The notes under the pieces: generated by a model
The model's database searches: none
The model's input: the letters and a program-made list of their open reading frames with translations, nothing else
What the model was told of the DNA's origin: nothing
NCBI GenBank assembly: GCA_019454225.1
Contig: CP075370.1
Span: 2,721,649-2,785,648, forward strand
DNA: 64,000 nucleotides
Source: Paracoccaceae bacterium
GTDB lineage: Bacteria; Pseudomonadota; Alphaproteobacteria; Rhodobacterales; Rhodobacteraceae
Direction: 5' to 3'
Translations under genes and position numbers: made by a program
Shown here: piece after piece, positions 28,239-38,445 of the stretch
Layout of the letters: each line of letters starts with the position of its first letter
Position numbering within the stretch: the first letter of the stretch is position 1

Positions 28239-29840
28239 TCAGGCCCGCCCCGCGATCAGGTCGGCTGCCCGTTCGGCGATCATGATCACGGGCGAGGCCG
28301 TGTTGCCCGACACGATACGGGGCATGACGGATGCGTCGGCAATGCGCAGACCGTCCATGCCCCGCAGCCTGAGTTGCGGGTCGACCACGGCCTGCGGGTC
28401 GGTCCCCATGCGGCACGTGCCGACCGGATGGAAGATCGTGGTGGCGATGTCGCCTGCCTTGGCGATCAGCGCTTCGTCCGTGTCGAAACCGGGGCCCGGC
28501 AGCCATTCCTCGGGTGTGAACCGCCGCAGGGCCTGTGCGCCCATGATGCGGCGTGCCTGCCGGATCGAGGCAAGCGCGACGCGGCGATCCTCGTCGGTCG
28601 ACAGGTAGTTCAGGCGGATGTCGGGCTGAACCGCCGGGTCCGCCGACGTTGCATGCACATGCCCGGTCGAGGTCGGCCGCAGGTTGCACACCGACACGGT
28701 GATTGCCGGAAACGGATGCAGCGGATCGCCCAGGCGGTCGGTCGACAGGGGCTGGACATGATATTCCAGGTCGGGCGTTTCCCGTTCGGGGCCGGAGCGG
28801 GTGAACATCCCGAACTGGCTGGGCGCCATCGCCATCGGTCCGCTTTGTGTCAGCGCATAGCGCAGCGCGATCCGCGCCCTGCCCCACAGGCTGCCCGCCA
28901 TGTCGTTCAGTGTGCGCGTCCCATGCACCTTGTAGACCGTGCGGATCTGCAGATGATCCTGCAGGTTCTCGCCGACCCCGGGCAGGTCGTGAACCGGTTC
29001 GACGCCCAGCGATGCCAGTCGCGCGGCCTGCCCTATCCCCGAAAGCTCCAGCAGTTTCGGGCTGTTGATCGCGCCTGCGGCGAGAATCACCTCGGCCCCG
29101 GCCGCGGCATGGAAAGGTGCGTTGTCGGCCAGCCACTCGACACCCGTCACCCGCCGCCCCGCGCAGGTCAGACGGCGGACCAATGCGCCTGTCACCACGC
29201 GCAGGTTGCCGCGCCGCATCGCAGGGCGCAGGAAGCCCCGCGCCGTGCTCCAGCGGACACCGCGCCGCTGATTGACCTCGAAGAACCCCGAGCCCTCGTT
29301 CGACCCGTCGTTGAAATCGGCGCGCGGATGGATGCCGAACTCTCGCGCGCCGTCCTGAACGGCGCGCAGGATCTCCCAGTCCAGGCGTTGCTGTTCCACC
29401 CGCCATTCGCCGCCAGCGCCGTGCAGGTCGGTCGCGCCGCGCCAGTGGTCCTCGGAGCGGCGGAAATAGGGCAGCACATCGTCCCAGCCCCAGCCCGCGT
29501 TGCCAAGCTGGCGCCAGTGGTCATAGTCGGCCGCCTGCCCGCGCATGTAGATCATGCCGTTGACCGAGGTGCAGCCGCCCAGCACCTTGCCGCGCGGATA
29601 GACCAGGCTGCGCCCGTTCAGGCCGGGTTCCGCAACCGTCCGCATCATCCAGTCCGTGCGCGGGTTGCCGATGCAGTAGAGATAACCGATGGGAATCCGG
29701 GTCCAGTGATAGCGGTCTGACCCCCCGGCCTCGAGCAGCAGGACGCGGGCCCGGCCATCCGCCGTCAGTCGGTTGGCCAGCACGCAGCCCGCGGTTCCGG
29801 CCCCGACGACTATGTAGTCATAGCTGCCTTCGTCGGTCAT
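28239..29840 (-). CDS. GMC family FAD oxidoreductase (choline dehydrogenase-like)
   Basis: YDYIVVGAGTAGCVLANRL, GGCTSVNGMIYMRG and the C-terminal HPVGTCRMG. ATGA coupling to the kinase gene. Confidence 0.9.
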   Translation of the reverse strand: MTDEGSYDYIVVGAGTAGCVLANRLTADGRARVLLLEAGGSDRYHWTRIPIGYLYCIGNPRTDWMMRTVAEPGLNGRSLVYPRGKVLGGCTSVNGMIYMRGQAADYDHWRQLGNAGWGWDDVLPYFRRSEDHWRGATDLHGAGGEWRVEQQRLDWEILRAVQDGAREFGIHPRADFNDGSNEGSGFFEVNQRRGVRWSTARGFLRPAMRRGNLRVVTGALVRRLTCAGRRVTGVEWLADNAPFHAAAGAEVILAAGAINSPKLLELSGIGQAARLASLGVEPVHDLPGVGENLQDHLQIRTVYKVHGTRTLNDMAGSLWGRARIALRYALTQSGPMAMAPSQFGMFTRSGPERETPDLEYHVQPLSTDRLGDPLHPFPAITVSVCNLRPTSTGHVHATSADPAVQPDIRLNYLSTDEDRRVALASIRQARRIMGAQALRRFTPEEWLPGPGFDTDEALIAKAGDIATTIFHPVGTCRMGTDPQAVVDPQLRLRGMDGLRIADASVMPRIVSGNTASPVIMIAERAADLIAGRA

Positions 29841-31381
29841 GGCCGCGCCAGCGCCTGCAGGTCGGCCCAGAACGGTTCAATCGCCGTGACCAGACGCGAC
29901 CAGACACCGAAGCGCCGGTCATGCATGGCGCGGGCGGCGGGATCGGGTCGCAGATATGCCTTTGGGCGTGTCATCGCGGCGACGGCGGCCTCCTCATCGG
30001 CATAGAGCCCGGTTCCGACCGCCGCTGCAATGGCCGCGCCAAGCGCACCCGTCTCCTCGGCCGCGCCGAGCATGACAGGCAGACCCAGCACATCCGCCAT
30101 CATCTGCGGCCAGTGCGGCGAGCGGGTTCCTCCACCCGACAGTGCCACCTGGGTGATCGCGGCACCGGCCGCCAGCATCACCTCGACATGGCGGCGGTGT
30201 TCGAAGGCGACCCCCTCGAACAGCGCACGCAGCATGTGCCCCTCGCCGTGCCAGCCGGCAAGGCCAAAGAAACCGCCCCGCTGATGCGCGCCACCCCGCC
30301 CGCCATACAGGAACGGATGGAACATCGGGTCATCCGCCGCCGGGGTCACGCCACCGACGCAGGCGTTGACAAGTCCGAAGGGGTCGTCGTGGTGGGCGCC
30401 CCGCTCCACCAGTGTCCGGACATACCATTCCAGATTGGCGGCAGACGTCGCGCTGTTGTCCATGCTGCCGAAGCGGCCCGGACCGAACGCGGTGACCATG
30501 AAGACGCGCGGGTCGCGCAGGGGGACCGCACCGAAGATCTGGTTGATGGACCAGCTTCCCAGGACAACCGAGGCGGCCCCGTCACCCACCGCACCCGACC
30601 CCAGCGCCGAGGCCACCACGTCGAAGTAGCCCGCAACAACAGGTGTGCCCGGCCGGAGCCCTGTCTCTGCCGCCGCATGTTCCGTCACTGCGCCCGTCAC
30701 GCTGGTCGGACGGGCTAGCGGTGGCAGCAAGGGCATGGCATCCGCCAGCCCGTAGAGCGCCATCAGCGCGGGGTCATAGGTCGCCTCGGGCAGGCGCAGC
30801 AGACCCGCCCCCGACATGTCCGAGATTTCGCTCCGGCGTTCCCCGGTCAGGTGCCATCCAAGAACATCCTTGGCAAAGCAGAGCGTTCCTGCCTGTTCGT
30901 AGAGGTCGGGCCGATGCTGTTTCAGCCATGCCAGAAGCACCGGGGTCTGTGCGGGCCATGGTCGCTGAAGGCAGATGTCATGCAGTGCCGTCCCCGCCCT
31001 GCGGTCGAGCGCCTCGGCCAGCGCGGCCCCCCGGCTGTCGAGCGACTGGATGCCCAGCATCGGCAGGCCGCGCCTGTCCAGCAGATACAGCCCGTTGCCA
31101 TGCCCGGCCAGCCCGATGCAGGCAACGCGCCCGCCCGCGCCCCCGGCCTGTTCCAGGCAGCCCGCGATTGCGGTGCGCGCATTCGCCCACAGTTCGGCGA
31201 CCGGGCGTTCCACCATCCCGGCGGCAGGTTTCAGCGTGGTGCCGTCGATGCCATGCCGCGCGATCTGGTGTCCGGCCCGGTCGAACAGCACGGCCTTGAC
31301 GACGGTGTTGCCGATGTCGATGCCAAGGATCAGGTCAGGCGCCACGGCGGTAGATCTCCCATGCCGCCGGACCGTCCGCAC
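29837..31381 (-). CDS. FGGY-family carbohydrate kinase
   Basis: ILGIDIGNTVVKAVLFD and the C-terminal FGGY blocks. The track start at 31381 is GTG; another GTG at 31345 gives a shorter overlap with the aldolase gene, so the start is uncertain. Confidence 0.82.
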   Translation of the reverse strand: MRTVRRHGRSTAVAPDLILGIDIGNTVVKAVLFDRAGHQIARHGIDGTTLKPAAGMVERPVAELWANARTAIAGCLEQAGGAGGRVACIGLAGHGNGLYLLDRRGLPMLGIQSLDSRGAALAEALDRRAGTALHDICLQRPWPAQTPVLLAWLKQHRPDLYEQAGTLCFAKDVLGWHLTGERRSEISDMSGAGLLRLPEATYDPALMALYGLADAMPLLPPLARPTSVTGAVTEHAAAETGLRPGTPVVAGYFDVVASALGSGAVGDGAASVVLGSWSINQIFGAVPLRDPRVFMVTAFGPGRFGSMDNSATSAANLEWYVRTLVERGAHHDDPFGLVNACVGGVTPAADDPMFHPFLYGGRGGAHQRGGFFGLAGWHGEGHMLRALFEGVAFEHRRHVEVMLAAGAAITQVALSGGGTRSPHWPQMMADVLGLPVMLGAAEETGALGAAIAAAVGTGLYADEEAAVAAMTRPKAYLRPDPAARAMHDRRFGVWSRLVTAIEPFWADLQALARP

Positions 31382-32180
31382 CGTCGTGGATGATCGCCAT
31401 CAGGGCGGCCACGACGGCGCCCGGATTGGCGTGCTGATAGATGTTGCGGCCATAGACCAGGCCACGCGCGCCCTGCGCCACCAGAGCCGCCGATTTTTCC
31501 AGAACCACCCGCAGGTCTTCCTTGCCGCCGCCGCGCGCCAGCACCGGGACACGGGCGGCCTCGACCACCCGGTGGAAATCGTCCGGGTTGGTGGTCGGAT
31601 CCGCCTTGATGATGTCGGCCCCCATCTCGGTCGCCAGCCGGACCAGCGTGACGATCTTCTCGGCATCGCCATCCACCTGATAGCCGCCGCGCACCTCGTT
31701 CGGCAACATGACGAGCGGCTCGATCATCAAGGGCATGCCATAGCGCGTGCAGTCCGCACGGACCCGCGCGATGTTGGCGACGCACTGGCGGAACAGGTCC
31801 GGCTCGTCCGGCAGCATGAAAAGGTTGACCACCACGCAGGCCGCATCCATCTCGACCGCCGGCAGCACCGGCTCGGCGGCATTCTGCAGTTCGGCCCACA
31901 TGACGCGGTGGCGGGCGGCATTGTAGGGGTTTCCCATGTCCAGGCGCATCACCAGTGCCGGCTTGTCGCGTTCGGGCCTCGCCTGCAGCAGGTCGGCCTG
32001 ACCATAGCTCATCTGGATGGCATCGGGCTGCGCCGCGACCAGCATGTCGACCACGCGGCCCATATCTTCCAATCCCACCAGAAAGCCCGGTTCGTTGCAC
32101 ACTCCGTGATCGACCGCCACGTCGAGACAGCCGCCATGGCGGAACATCCGGTTCATCCGGACCTTTGGGGTGATCTTCAT
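31335..32180 (-). CDS. Class I aldolase (DhnA/FbaB/LsrF family)
   Basis: RMNRMFRHGGCLDVAVDHG..., then KADPT with the Schiff-base Lys context and VYGRNIYQH. ATGA coupling to the upstream gene. Confidence 0.75.
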   Translation of the reverse strand: MKITPKVRMNRMFRHGGCLDVAVDHGVCNEPGFLVGLEDMGRVVDMLVAAQPDAIQMSYGQADLLQARPERDKPALVMRLDMGNPYNAARHRVMWAELQNAAEPVLPAVEMDAACVVVNLFMLPDEPDLFRQCVANIARVRADCTRYGMPLMIEPLVMLPNEVRGGYQVDGDAEKIVTLVRLATEMGADIIKADPTTNPDDFHRVVEAARVPVLARGGGKEDLRVVLEKSAALVAQGARGLVYGRNIYQHANPGAVVAALMAIIHDGADGPAAWEIYRRGA

Positions 32181-33865
32181 GGCAGGTCTCCTTCGGACAT
32201 GGTCAGCGTGACGCCGTGATAGGTTGCAAGATCGGAAAGGAATTGCGCCACCTCGGCGCGCCTGCGTTCATCGGACCAGTTGCATTCCCGGGCCATGGCC
32301 TGCGCCGCCGCCGCCATCAGCGCCGCCGTCAGGTCGCCCCGGATGGCCAGCGGGCTGCGCCGTTGCAGGACGTCTGACAGGTGCAAGGCGTGTTCGTCAT
32401 GGACAAAGCGGGCGATCTCTCCCTCGGTCATCACCGATCCGGGCAGCGGGCGGTCGTCGCGCGCCGCGCAGAAGGCCGCGACATGGTCCGCGCGCGCTCC
32501 GTAGAGGTTGACCAGATGCGCCGCCCTTTCGGATGAAAGACCATGGCGGGCGGCAAGATCGTCGGCGAGGGCGTGGTGGAATCCGGCGCCGCCGCCAATC
32601 GGCCGGTCCGCCGTCTGCACCTGCCTGACCAGCCGGAGTTCCCGCAGGACCAGATCGACCGCATCCTCCGCGAAAGCGCGGTAGGTGGTCCATTTGCCCC
32701 CCACCATGCCGATCTGCGGGATCTGGCCCGGCAACCGGCGCACGGAATGCCCGCGCGAAATGCGCCCCGTGAAATCGGCATTGCTGACCGGCAGCGGCCG
32801 AATGCCCGAAAAGCTGTAGACGATCTGGGACGGCAGAACCGGGATGGACGGGAACAGCGCGCTCAGGGCCCCGAGGATGTAGTCACGTTCCTCGGTGGTG
32901 CAGGCAGTGCGTCCCGTCTCGGTCACCCGGATGTCGGTGGACCCGGCCAGCACGCGGCCGAGATAGGGGAACACGATGCAGATCCGCCCGTCGGCATGCT
33001 CGAAATAGATCATGTACCCTTGCAACGCCTGTTCCAGCGACGGGTTGTCGAGAATCAGGTGTGACCCCTTGGTGCCCGCCACCAGACGTTCGGGCAGGCG
33101 GGCACCCAATGCTGCGGCGCTTTCGTCGATCCATGCACCGGTGGCATTGACCAGAAGCTTCGCGTGCAGCGTCAGGCTGCGTCCGGTCTCGAGATCGGTC
33201 AGGGCAAGCCCCTTTCCGTCAGGTGCAAGCCGGGCGTAGTTCAGCGCGATCGCCCGGGGATTTGCGGCGGTCGCATCGCAGATCAGTTCGAGGCCCAACC
33301 GTTCGGGGTGCGAGATCCAGGCGTCGTGATAGGTCGCCGAGAACCGGATGCCGGGCCGCAGCGCAGGCCAGCCGGACCTCGTGGCCGCACCGCCGCGAAA
33401 CCGGTGGCGGGGCAGAACCGGGTCACGCCCGGCGATGGCATCGTAAAGCATCAGACCAAGCTTCACCGGCAGCGCGCCGCGTGCGCGCGGCCGCCCCGTG
33501 AAGCCCAGGAACCCCCGCGCCGCGTTGGCCATGCCGGATGTGAGCCGCTCGACAGGGATCGTCGTCGGCAGCGGGCGCACGAAATGCGGGGCATTGCGCA
33601 GCAACCGGTCCCGTTCGACCAGACTTTCGCGCACCAGCGAGATCTCGCCGTTCTCCAGATAGCGCAGGCCCCCGTGGATCATCCGCGATGGCGCGGCGGA
33701 GCAGCCGGAACAGAAGTCGTTCATCTCGACCAGCAGCACCCGCAGGCCCTGCAACGCAAGATCCGAGAATACGCCGATTCCGTTGATCCCGCCGCCAACG
33801 ACGATCACGTCAAAGGCGCCATCAGCGGCGATGCTGTCGATCCGGGCTTGCCTCGCATCAGGCAT
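32177..33865 (-). CDS. FAD-dependent glycerol-3-phosphate dehydrogenase-like oxidoreductase (GlpD family)
   Basis: FDVIVVGGGINGIGVFSDLALQG dinucleotide fold; 562 aa with a GlpD-type C-terminal domain. Confidence 0.82.
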   Translation of the reverse strand: MPDARQARIDSIAADGAFDVIVVGGGINGIGVFSDLALQGLRVLLVEMNDFCSGCSAAPSRMIHGGLRYLENGEISLVRESLVERDRLLRNAPHFVRPLPTTIPVERLTSGMANAARGFLGFTGRPRARGALPVKLGLMLYDAIAGRDPVLPRHRFRGGAATRSGWPALRPGIRFSATYHDAWISHPERLGLELICDATAANPRAIALNYARLAPDGKGLALTDLETGRSLTLHAKLLVNATGAWIDESAAALGARLPERLVAGTKGSHLILDNPSLEQALQGYMIYFEHADGRICIVFPYLGRVLAGSTDIRVTETGRTACTTEERDYILGALSALFPSIPVLPSQIVYSFSGIRPLPVSNADFTGRISRGHSVRRLPGQIPQIGMVGGKWTTYRAFAEDAVDLVLRELRLVRQVQTADRPIGGGAGFHHALADDLAARHGLSSERAAHLVNLYGARADHVAAFCAARDDRPLPGSVMTEGEIARFVHDEHALHLSDVLQRRSPLAIRGDLTAALMAAAAQAMARECNWSDERRRAEVAQFLSDLATYHGVTLTMSEGDLP

Positions 33866-33925
33866 GGCGTCTTCCTTTGCGGAAACAGGGTCCGCAGTTG
33901 CTGTCGGTCGGCGATGTGGTGTGCC

Positions 33926-34918
33926 TCAGGCAGGCACGGCGGGCAGATGGGTCTCGACGGCGGCGGTCAGGGCCGCGATTTCGTCGCTGGCCAGGGCAAG
34001 GCGCCCGGCCTGCGCATTCTCGCGCGCCTGTTCGGGGTTGCGGGCGCCGCAAAGGGCGAAGGTCAGGCCGGGCCTGGTGAGTGTCCAGGCGATGACGACC
34101 TGTGCGGGGCTGGCGCGATGCGCCTCGGCAATGGGGCGGATGGTGCGCATCACCCGATCGACCCGCGCCCGGTTCTCGACCGAAAAGCGCGGGTCCGCTT
34201 GCCGCTGGTCGTCACCCGAAAACACCCTGTCAGCAGTGATGGCGCCCGAAAGCAGCCCGAGGGCCAGGACGGAATAGCCCATCACCGAAATGCCGGACGC
34301 GCGGCATTCGGGCAGGTGCGTGGTCTCGATCCGCCGGGACAGCATCGAATACTCTTCCTGCACCGCCGCGATGCCGCCCTCGGCACGGTAGGCGGCCAGG
34401 TCGTCGGGGCTGGTGTTGGATCCGGCAAACGCGAGGATCTTGCCCTCGGCCTGCAAATCCCGAAGCGCCCCCACGGTGTCGGCCACCGGCGTGGTCGGGT
34501 CCTGCCAGTGGGTGATGTAGAGGTCGATCCGGTCGGTGTCGAGGCGGCGGAGGCTCTGGTCCACCTCATGCCGGATGGCGGCCGGGCTCAGGTCACGGTG
34601 AACGGCCTGCCCGGCCTGGGAGAAGAAATAGGGGCCGCGCGCGCTGTGCCAGACCAGACCGCATTTGGTGGCCAGCACCACCTCGTCGCGCCGCCCCCGG
34701 ATGGCGCGGCCGACCACCGTTTCAGCGTGGCCCAGTCCATAGGCGGGTGCGGTGTCGATCAGCGTGACACCCTCGTCCAGTGCAGTGCGGATCGCCGTCT
34801 CGGCCAGCGAGTCATCGGTGCCGCCCCACATCCAGCCGCCGATCGCCCAGGTGCCGAGGCCCACGGCCGATGCGGCAATGCCGGTCCTGCCGATATCTCT
34901 TTTCACCATCGGGTTCAT
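33926..34918 (-). CDS. Aldo/keto reductase
   Basis: LGTWAIGGWMWGG, IDTAPAYG and LYITHWQD blocks. ATGA coupling to the regulator gene. Confidence 0.88.
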   Translation of the reverse strand: MNPMVKRDIGRTGIAASAVGLGTWAIGGWMWGGTDDSLAETAIRTALDEGVTLIDTAPAYGLGHAETVVGRAIRGRRDEVVLATKCGLVWHSARGPYFFSQAGQAVHRDLSPAAIRHEVDQSLRRLDTDRIDLYITHWQDPTTPVADTVGALRDLQAEGKILAFAGSNTSPDDLAAYRAEGGIAAVQEEYSMLSRRIETTHLPECRASGISVMGYSVLALGLLSGAITADRVFSGDDQRQADPRFSVENRARVDRVMRTIRPIAEAHRASPAQVVIAWTLTRPGLTFALCGARNPEQARENAQAGRLALASDEIAALTAAVETHLPAVPA

Positions 34919-35883
34919 GTCGGCTCTCCATTGTCCATCAGGATGGTCGATGCGGTATCCTCGTCGGTCACCAGCACCGACACATAGCCACCGCGCAGCA
35001 CCGAGCGGATCGGACCGACCTTGTCTTCCCCGGCCGCAACAGCAACCACCCGGCCGCAGTTGCGGATCTCGTCGGGGCGCAGCGCCACAAGCCGCTGGTT
35101 CAGCGCAAAGTTCGCCACCTGCCCCCGGTCATGCACGAGGTGGCCGAGGAATTCGGCCATCACGCCAAGGCCGGGCAGCATCGCACGGTCGGGGGCCGAC
35201 AGCGGATGCAAGTCGAAGTACGAAGACCCCGGCGTGGTGATCGATCCGATACCCACCAGGCAGGACGTGGCCCGGCGGGCGAGGTCCAGCACCTCCTTGA
35301 CCGCCCCAAGGTTCATCAGCATCTCGCGCTGATCGGCACGCTCGGCAAACAGCGGTGCGTGCAGTTGCAGCGACCGGCCGCCCAGCCGTTCCGCCATGCG
35401 AGAGGCGAGGTGATTGACGTCGGTGTGATACTTGCCCTGCACGCCGCCGGTCAGCGGCACGACCTGAACGTCGATGGGCCGGTCGACCGCCAGCGCATCG
35501 ACCACCGCGGCGACCGCCTTGCCGCCCGAGATGCCGAGGATGTCACCGTCGCGCAATGTCTCGGCAAGATGCGCGGCGGCGGCCTGGCCGACCTGTTGCA
35601 GGCGCGTGCCGTCATTGTCCGACACGGTCGGCGACACGATGGCGGACTGCACCAGACCGGAGGATGCCAGCTTGCGCTCCAGATCCATCAGCCGCTGGAA
35701 CGGGGTTTCGATGCTGATCTTGACCATGCCCGACCGCCGCGCCTGCGCGATGATCCGGTTCACCTTCGACGTGGACAGGTTCATCTCTTCCGCGATCTCG
35801 GCCTGCCGGCGGCCCTCAACGAAATGGCGCACCAGCACCGCGTGCATCTGCCGCAGCGAATTGAAGTCGTTGATCTCGTTCAT
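34915..35883 (-). CDS. SorC/DeoR-type sugar-binding transcriptional regulator
   Basis: The HTH RRQAEIAEEMNLSTSKVNRIIAQARRSGMV is followed by a sugar-phosphate binding domain. The true start ATG 35883 forms ATGA with the permease stop; the 844-aa track ORF is an upstream read-through artefact. Confidence 0.85.
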   Translation of the reverse strand: MNEINDFNSLRQMHAVLVRHFVEGRRQAEIAEEMNLSTSKVNRIIAQARRSGMVKISIETPFQRLMDLERKLASSGLVQSAIVSPTVSDNDGTRLQQVGQAAAAHLAETLRDGDILGISGGKAVAAVVDALAVDRPIDVQVVPLTGGVQGKYHTDVNHLASRMAERLGGRSLQLHAPLFAERADQREMLMNLGAVKEVLDLARRATSCLVGIGSITTPGSSYFDLHPLSAPDRAMLPGLGVMAEFLGHLVHDRGQVANFALNQRLVALRPDEIRNCGRVVAVAAGEDKVGPIRSVLRGGYVSVLVTDEDTASTILMDNGEPT

Positions 35884-36866
35884 GCCCTGCCTCCTGCCGC
35901 CTGGCGTTTCACGAGGTAGTGGTCGAAGGTCACGGCGGCCAGCAGGATCGACCCGCGAATGATGTCCTGCCAGTAGACCGACACGTTCATCAGGGCGAGT
36001 GACGACGACACCATCGACAGCAGGATCGCGCCCAGGATCGCGCCCAGGATGCTGCCCTTGCCGCCGGACAGGCTGGCCCCGCCGATCACCGCCGCAGCGA
36101 TGACGTTCAGTTCCATGCCGACGCCGAAGGTCGGCTGCGCCGATCCGAAGCGGGCCATGTAGATCACGCCGGCCACGCCGCAGAGCGTCGAGCACAGCAC
36201 CGTGGTCAGGAAGATCACGCGCTTGGTGCGGATGCCGGAATAGGCGGCGGCCTTCTCGTTGCTGCCGGTGTAGTAGACCAGCCGGAACGCCGTGGTGCGG
36301 CGCAGCAGGAAGTCGAACACGACCACAACGACGGCAAAGATCACGATCGCCACCGGGATCACACCGATCGATCCGATGCCGACCCACTTGAAGCTGTCGG
36401 GCAGCGCGAACAGGCCCAGGGGCCGCCCGCCTGTGCCCAGCAGACACAGGCCCCGGGCAATCACCATCGCAGCCAGGGTGACGATGAAATGGTGCAGGCC
36501 GACATAGGTGACGAAGAACCCGATGATCGAACCGATGACCGCGCAGACGCCGATGGCCATCAGCGCGGCGACCCAGGGGTTCACGCCGTTCAGGAACAAC
36601 AGGCCCGCGACGACCATCGACAGCGCCGTGACCGAGCCCACCGACAGATCGATGCCGCCCGAGATCAGCAGGATCGTCATGCCCACCACCACGATGGCCT
36701 CGACCGAAAAGGCCATCGTCATGGCGCGCATGTTCGTCCAGGTCAGGAAATGCGGCGAGGCGAAGGACATGACCACGAACAGCGCGAGGATGATCAGGAC
36801 CAGGCCGGATTCCCGGGCCCCGAACAGGCGGGACAGCAGCGGCCGGTGGCGGGCGGTTTCGGTCAT
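35880..36866 (-). CDS. Sugar ABC transporter permease (RbsC/AraH family)
   Basis: About 10 hydrophobic segments; 328 aa, typical of the CUT2 permease family. Confidence 0.88.
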   Translation of the reverse strand: MTETARHRPLLSRLFGARESGLVLIILALFVVMSFASPHFLTWTNMRAMTMAFSVEAIVVVGMTILLISGGIDLSVGSVTALSMVVAGLLFLNGVNPWVAALMAIGVCAVIGSIIGFFVTYVGLHHFIVTLAAMVIARGLCLLGTGGRPLGLFALPDSFKWVGIGSIGVIPVAIVIFAVVVVVFDFLLRRTTAFRLVYYTGSNEKAAAYSGIRTKRVIFLTTVLCSTLCGVAGVIYMARFGSAQPTFGVGMELNVIAAAVIGGASLSGGKGSILGAILGAILLSMVSSSLALMNVSVYWQDIIRGSILLAAVTFDHYLVKRQAAGGRA

Positions 36867-36869
36867 CGT

Positions 36870-38381
36870 TCAGTTCCCTGCGGGCACCAGCGCCCCGGGC
36901 GCGGCCATTGTCATGATGTTGGATTCGGTCATCGCATCGCCCGCCAGTTCCCCGGTCACGCGCCCCTCGCTGATCACCAGCACGCGGTCGCACAGCCCGA
37001 TCAGTTCCGGCAACTCCGATGAAATCACGATGATGCCGACCCCGCTTTCGGCCAGCCCTCGCAGGATCGCGTGGATCTCGGCCTTGGCGCCCACGTCGAC
37101 GCCGCGCGTGGGTTCGTCGAGGAAGATGACCCGCGGACCGACCGCCAGAAGCTTTGCAAGCGCCACCTTCTGCTGGTTTCCGCCCGACAGGGTCGAGACG
37201 CGATGCGCCATGCTGGCCGCCTTGAGCCGCAGGGATTCGCCCAGGCGCTGCGCGAGCGCGGTTTCCCGCGCGCCGTCGATCACCCCCATGCGTCCCGCCA
37301 CCTGCCGCAGGTTCAGCGCCGAGACATTGGCCGCAATCGGCATGTCGAGGAAAACACCCTCGCCCTTCCGGTCCTCGGACAGATAGACGATGCCCTGCGC
37401 GATACAGGCGGCATAGTCGCGCAGCACGACCTCCTGTCCCTTCAGCCACACCCTGCCTCGCGCGCCCTGGTCCAGCCGGGTGAGGCCGCGCGCGATCTCG
37501 CTGCGTCCGGCGCCGATCAGTCCCGCTAGGCCGAGGATCTCACCCTGGCGCAGGTCGAAGGATACATTGCGGTAGCGCGGTCCGGTCAGGCCTTCGACAC
37601 GCAGGATTTCGGAGCCGCACGGACCCTGCAGCTTGGGCGGATAGAGGGTATCGAGCTTGCGCCCGACCATCGCATTCACGACATCTGCGGGCGTGACATC
37701 GGCCGTCCGGTCGGTGCGGATGTGCCGTCCGTCACGCATCACCGTCACCCGGTCGCAGTTGGCGAAGATCTCGGCCATGCGGTGCGAGATATAGATGACC
37801 CCGATCCCCCGGGCAGCGAGGTCGCGCATGATCGCGAACAGTTTCTGCGCCTCGTGCTCGGTCAGTGCGGCTGTCGGCTCGTCCAGGATCAGGATGCGGC
37901 AGTCCAGGGTCAGGGCCTTGGCGATCTCGACCAGTTGCTGCTGCGATATCGACAGGCGCCCCGCCGGAACGCGCGGATCGATGTCTGCCAGCGGCGCCAG
38001 CACACGCGCAGCCCGCGCGTTCATGTCTGCGGTGTCGATCAGCGGGTGTCTGGCGCGCGCCGTCTGCGACATGAAGATGTTCTCGGCAACCGAGATTTCG
38101 GCGCAGAGCGCGATTTCCTGATGTACGAAGCCGATGCCGAGCCGCTGCGCGGTGGCAGGAGAATCGATGGCGACATCCTGTCCGTCGATGCGGATCGTGC
38201 CGCTGTCGGGCCGCAGGATGCCGTCGATGATGTTCATGAGCGTCGACTTTCCGGCGCCGTTCTCGCCCGCAAGCGCGTGGATTTCCCCGGCCCGCAGATC
38301 AAGGCGCGCGTCCCGCAGGGCGCGGATCGCACCGAAGGACTTGCAGACATCCTGAAGTTCGAGAAGCGGGGGGGTGGTCAT
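36870..38381 (-). CDS. Sugar ABC transporter ATP-binding protein (duplicated ABC domains, RbsA-like)
   Basis: LLELQDVCKSFGAIRAL, Walker A GENGAGKST and a second ABC half with LSGGNQQKVALAK. Start ATG 38381. Confidence 0.9.
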   Translation of the reverse strand: MTTPPLLELQDVCKSFGAIRALRDARLDLRAGEIHALAGENGAGKSTLMNIIDGILRPDSGTIRIDGQDVAIDSPATAQRLGIGFVHQEIALCAEISVAENIFMSQTARARHPLIDTADMNARAARVLAPLADIDPRVPAGRLSISQQQLVEIAKALTLDCRILILDEPTAALTEHEAQKLFAIMRDLAARGIGVIYISHRMAEIFANCDRVTVMRDGRHIRTDRTADVTPADVVNAMVGRKLDTLYPPKLQGPCGSEILRVEGLTGPRYRNVSFDLRQGEILGLAGLIGAGRSEIARGLTRLDQGARGRVWLKGQEVVLRDYAACIAQGIVYLSEDRKGEGVFLDMPIAANVSALNLRQVAGRMGVIDGARETALAQRLGESLRLKAASMAHRVSTLSGGNQQKVALAKLLAVGPRVIFLDEPTRGVDVGAKAEIHAILRGLAESGVGIIVISSELPELIGLCDRVLVISEGRVTGELAGDAMTESNIMTMAAPGALVPAGN

Positions 38382-38445
38382 GTCGATCCGGCGGCGTGTC
38401 TGGAAAGGGTCGGCCCCGCCGCGACGGCGGCAGGGCCGTTCGGTG

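Noticed and set aside
35884-37449. N-terminal 520 codons of the 844-aa track ORF 34915-37449
   Set aside because: This part overlaps the permease and ATPase genes in another frame. The recognisable SorC regulator begins at the ATG that forms ATGA with the permease stop (35883).
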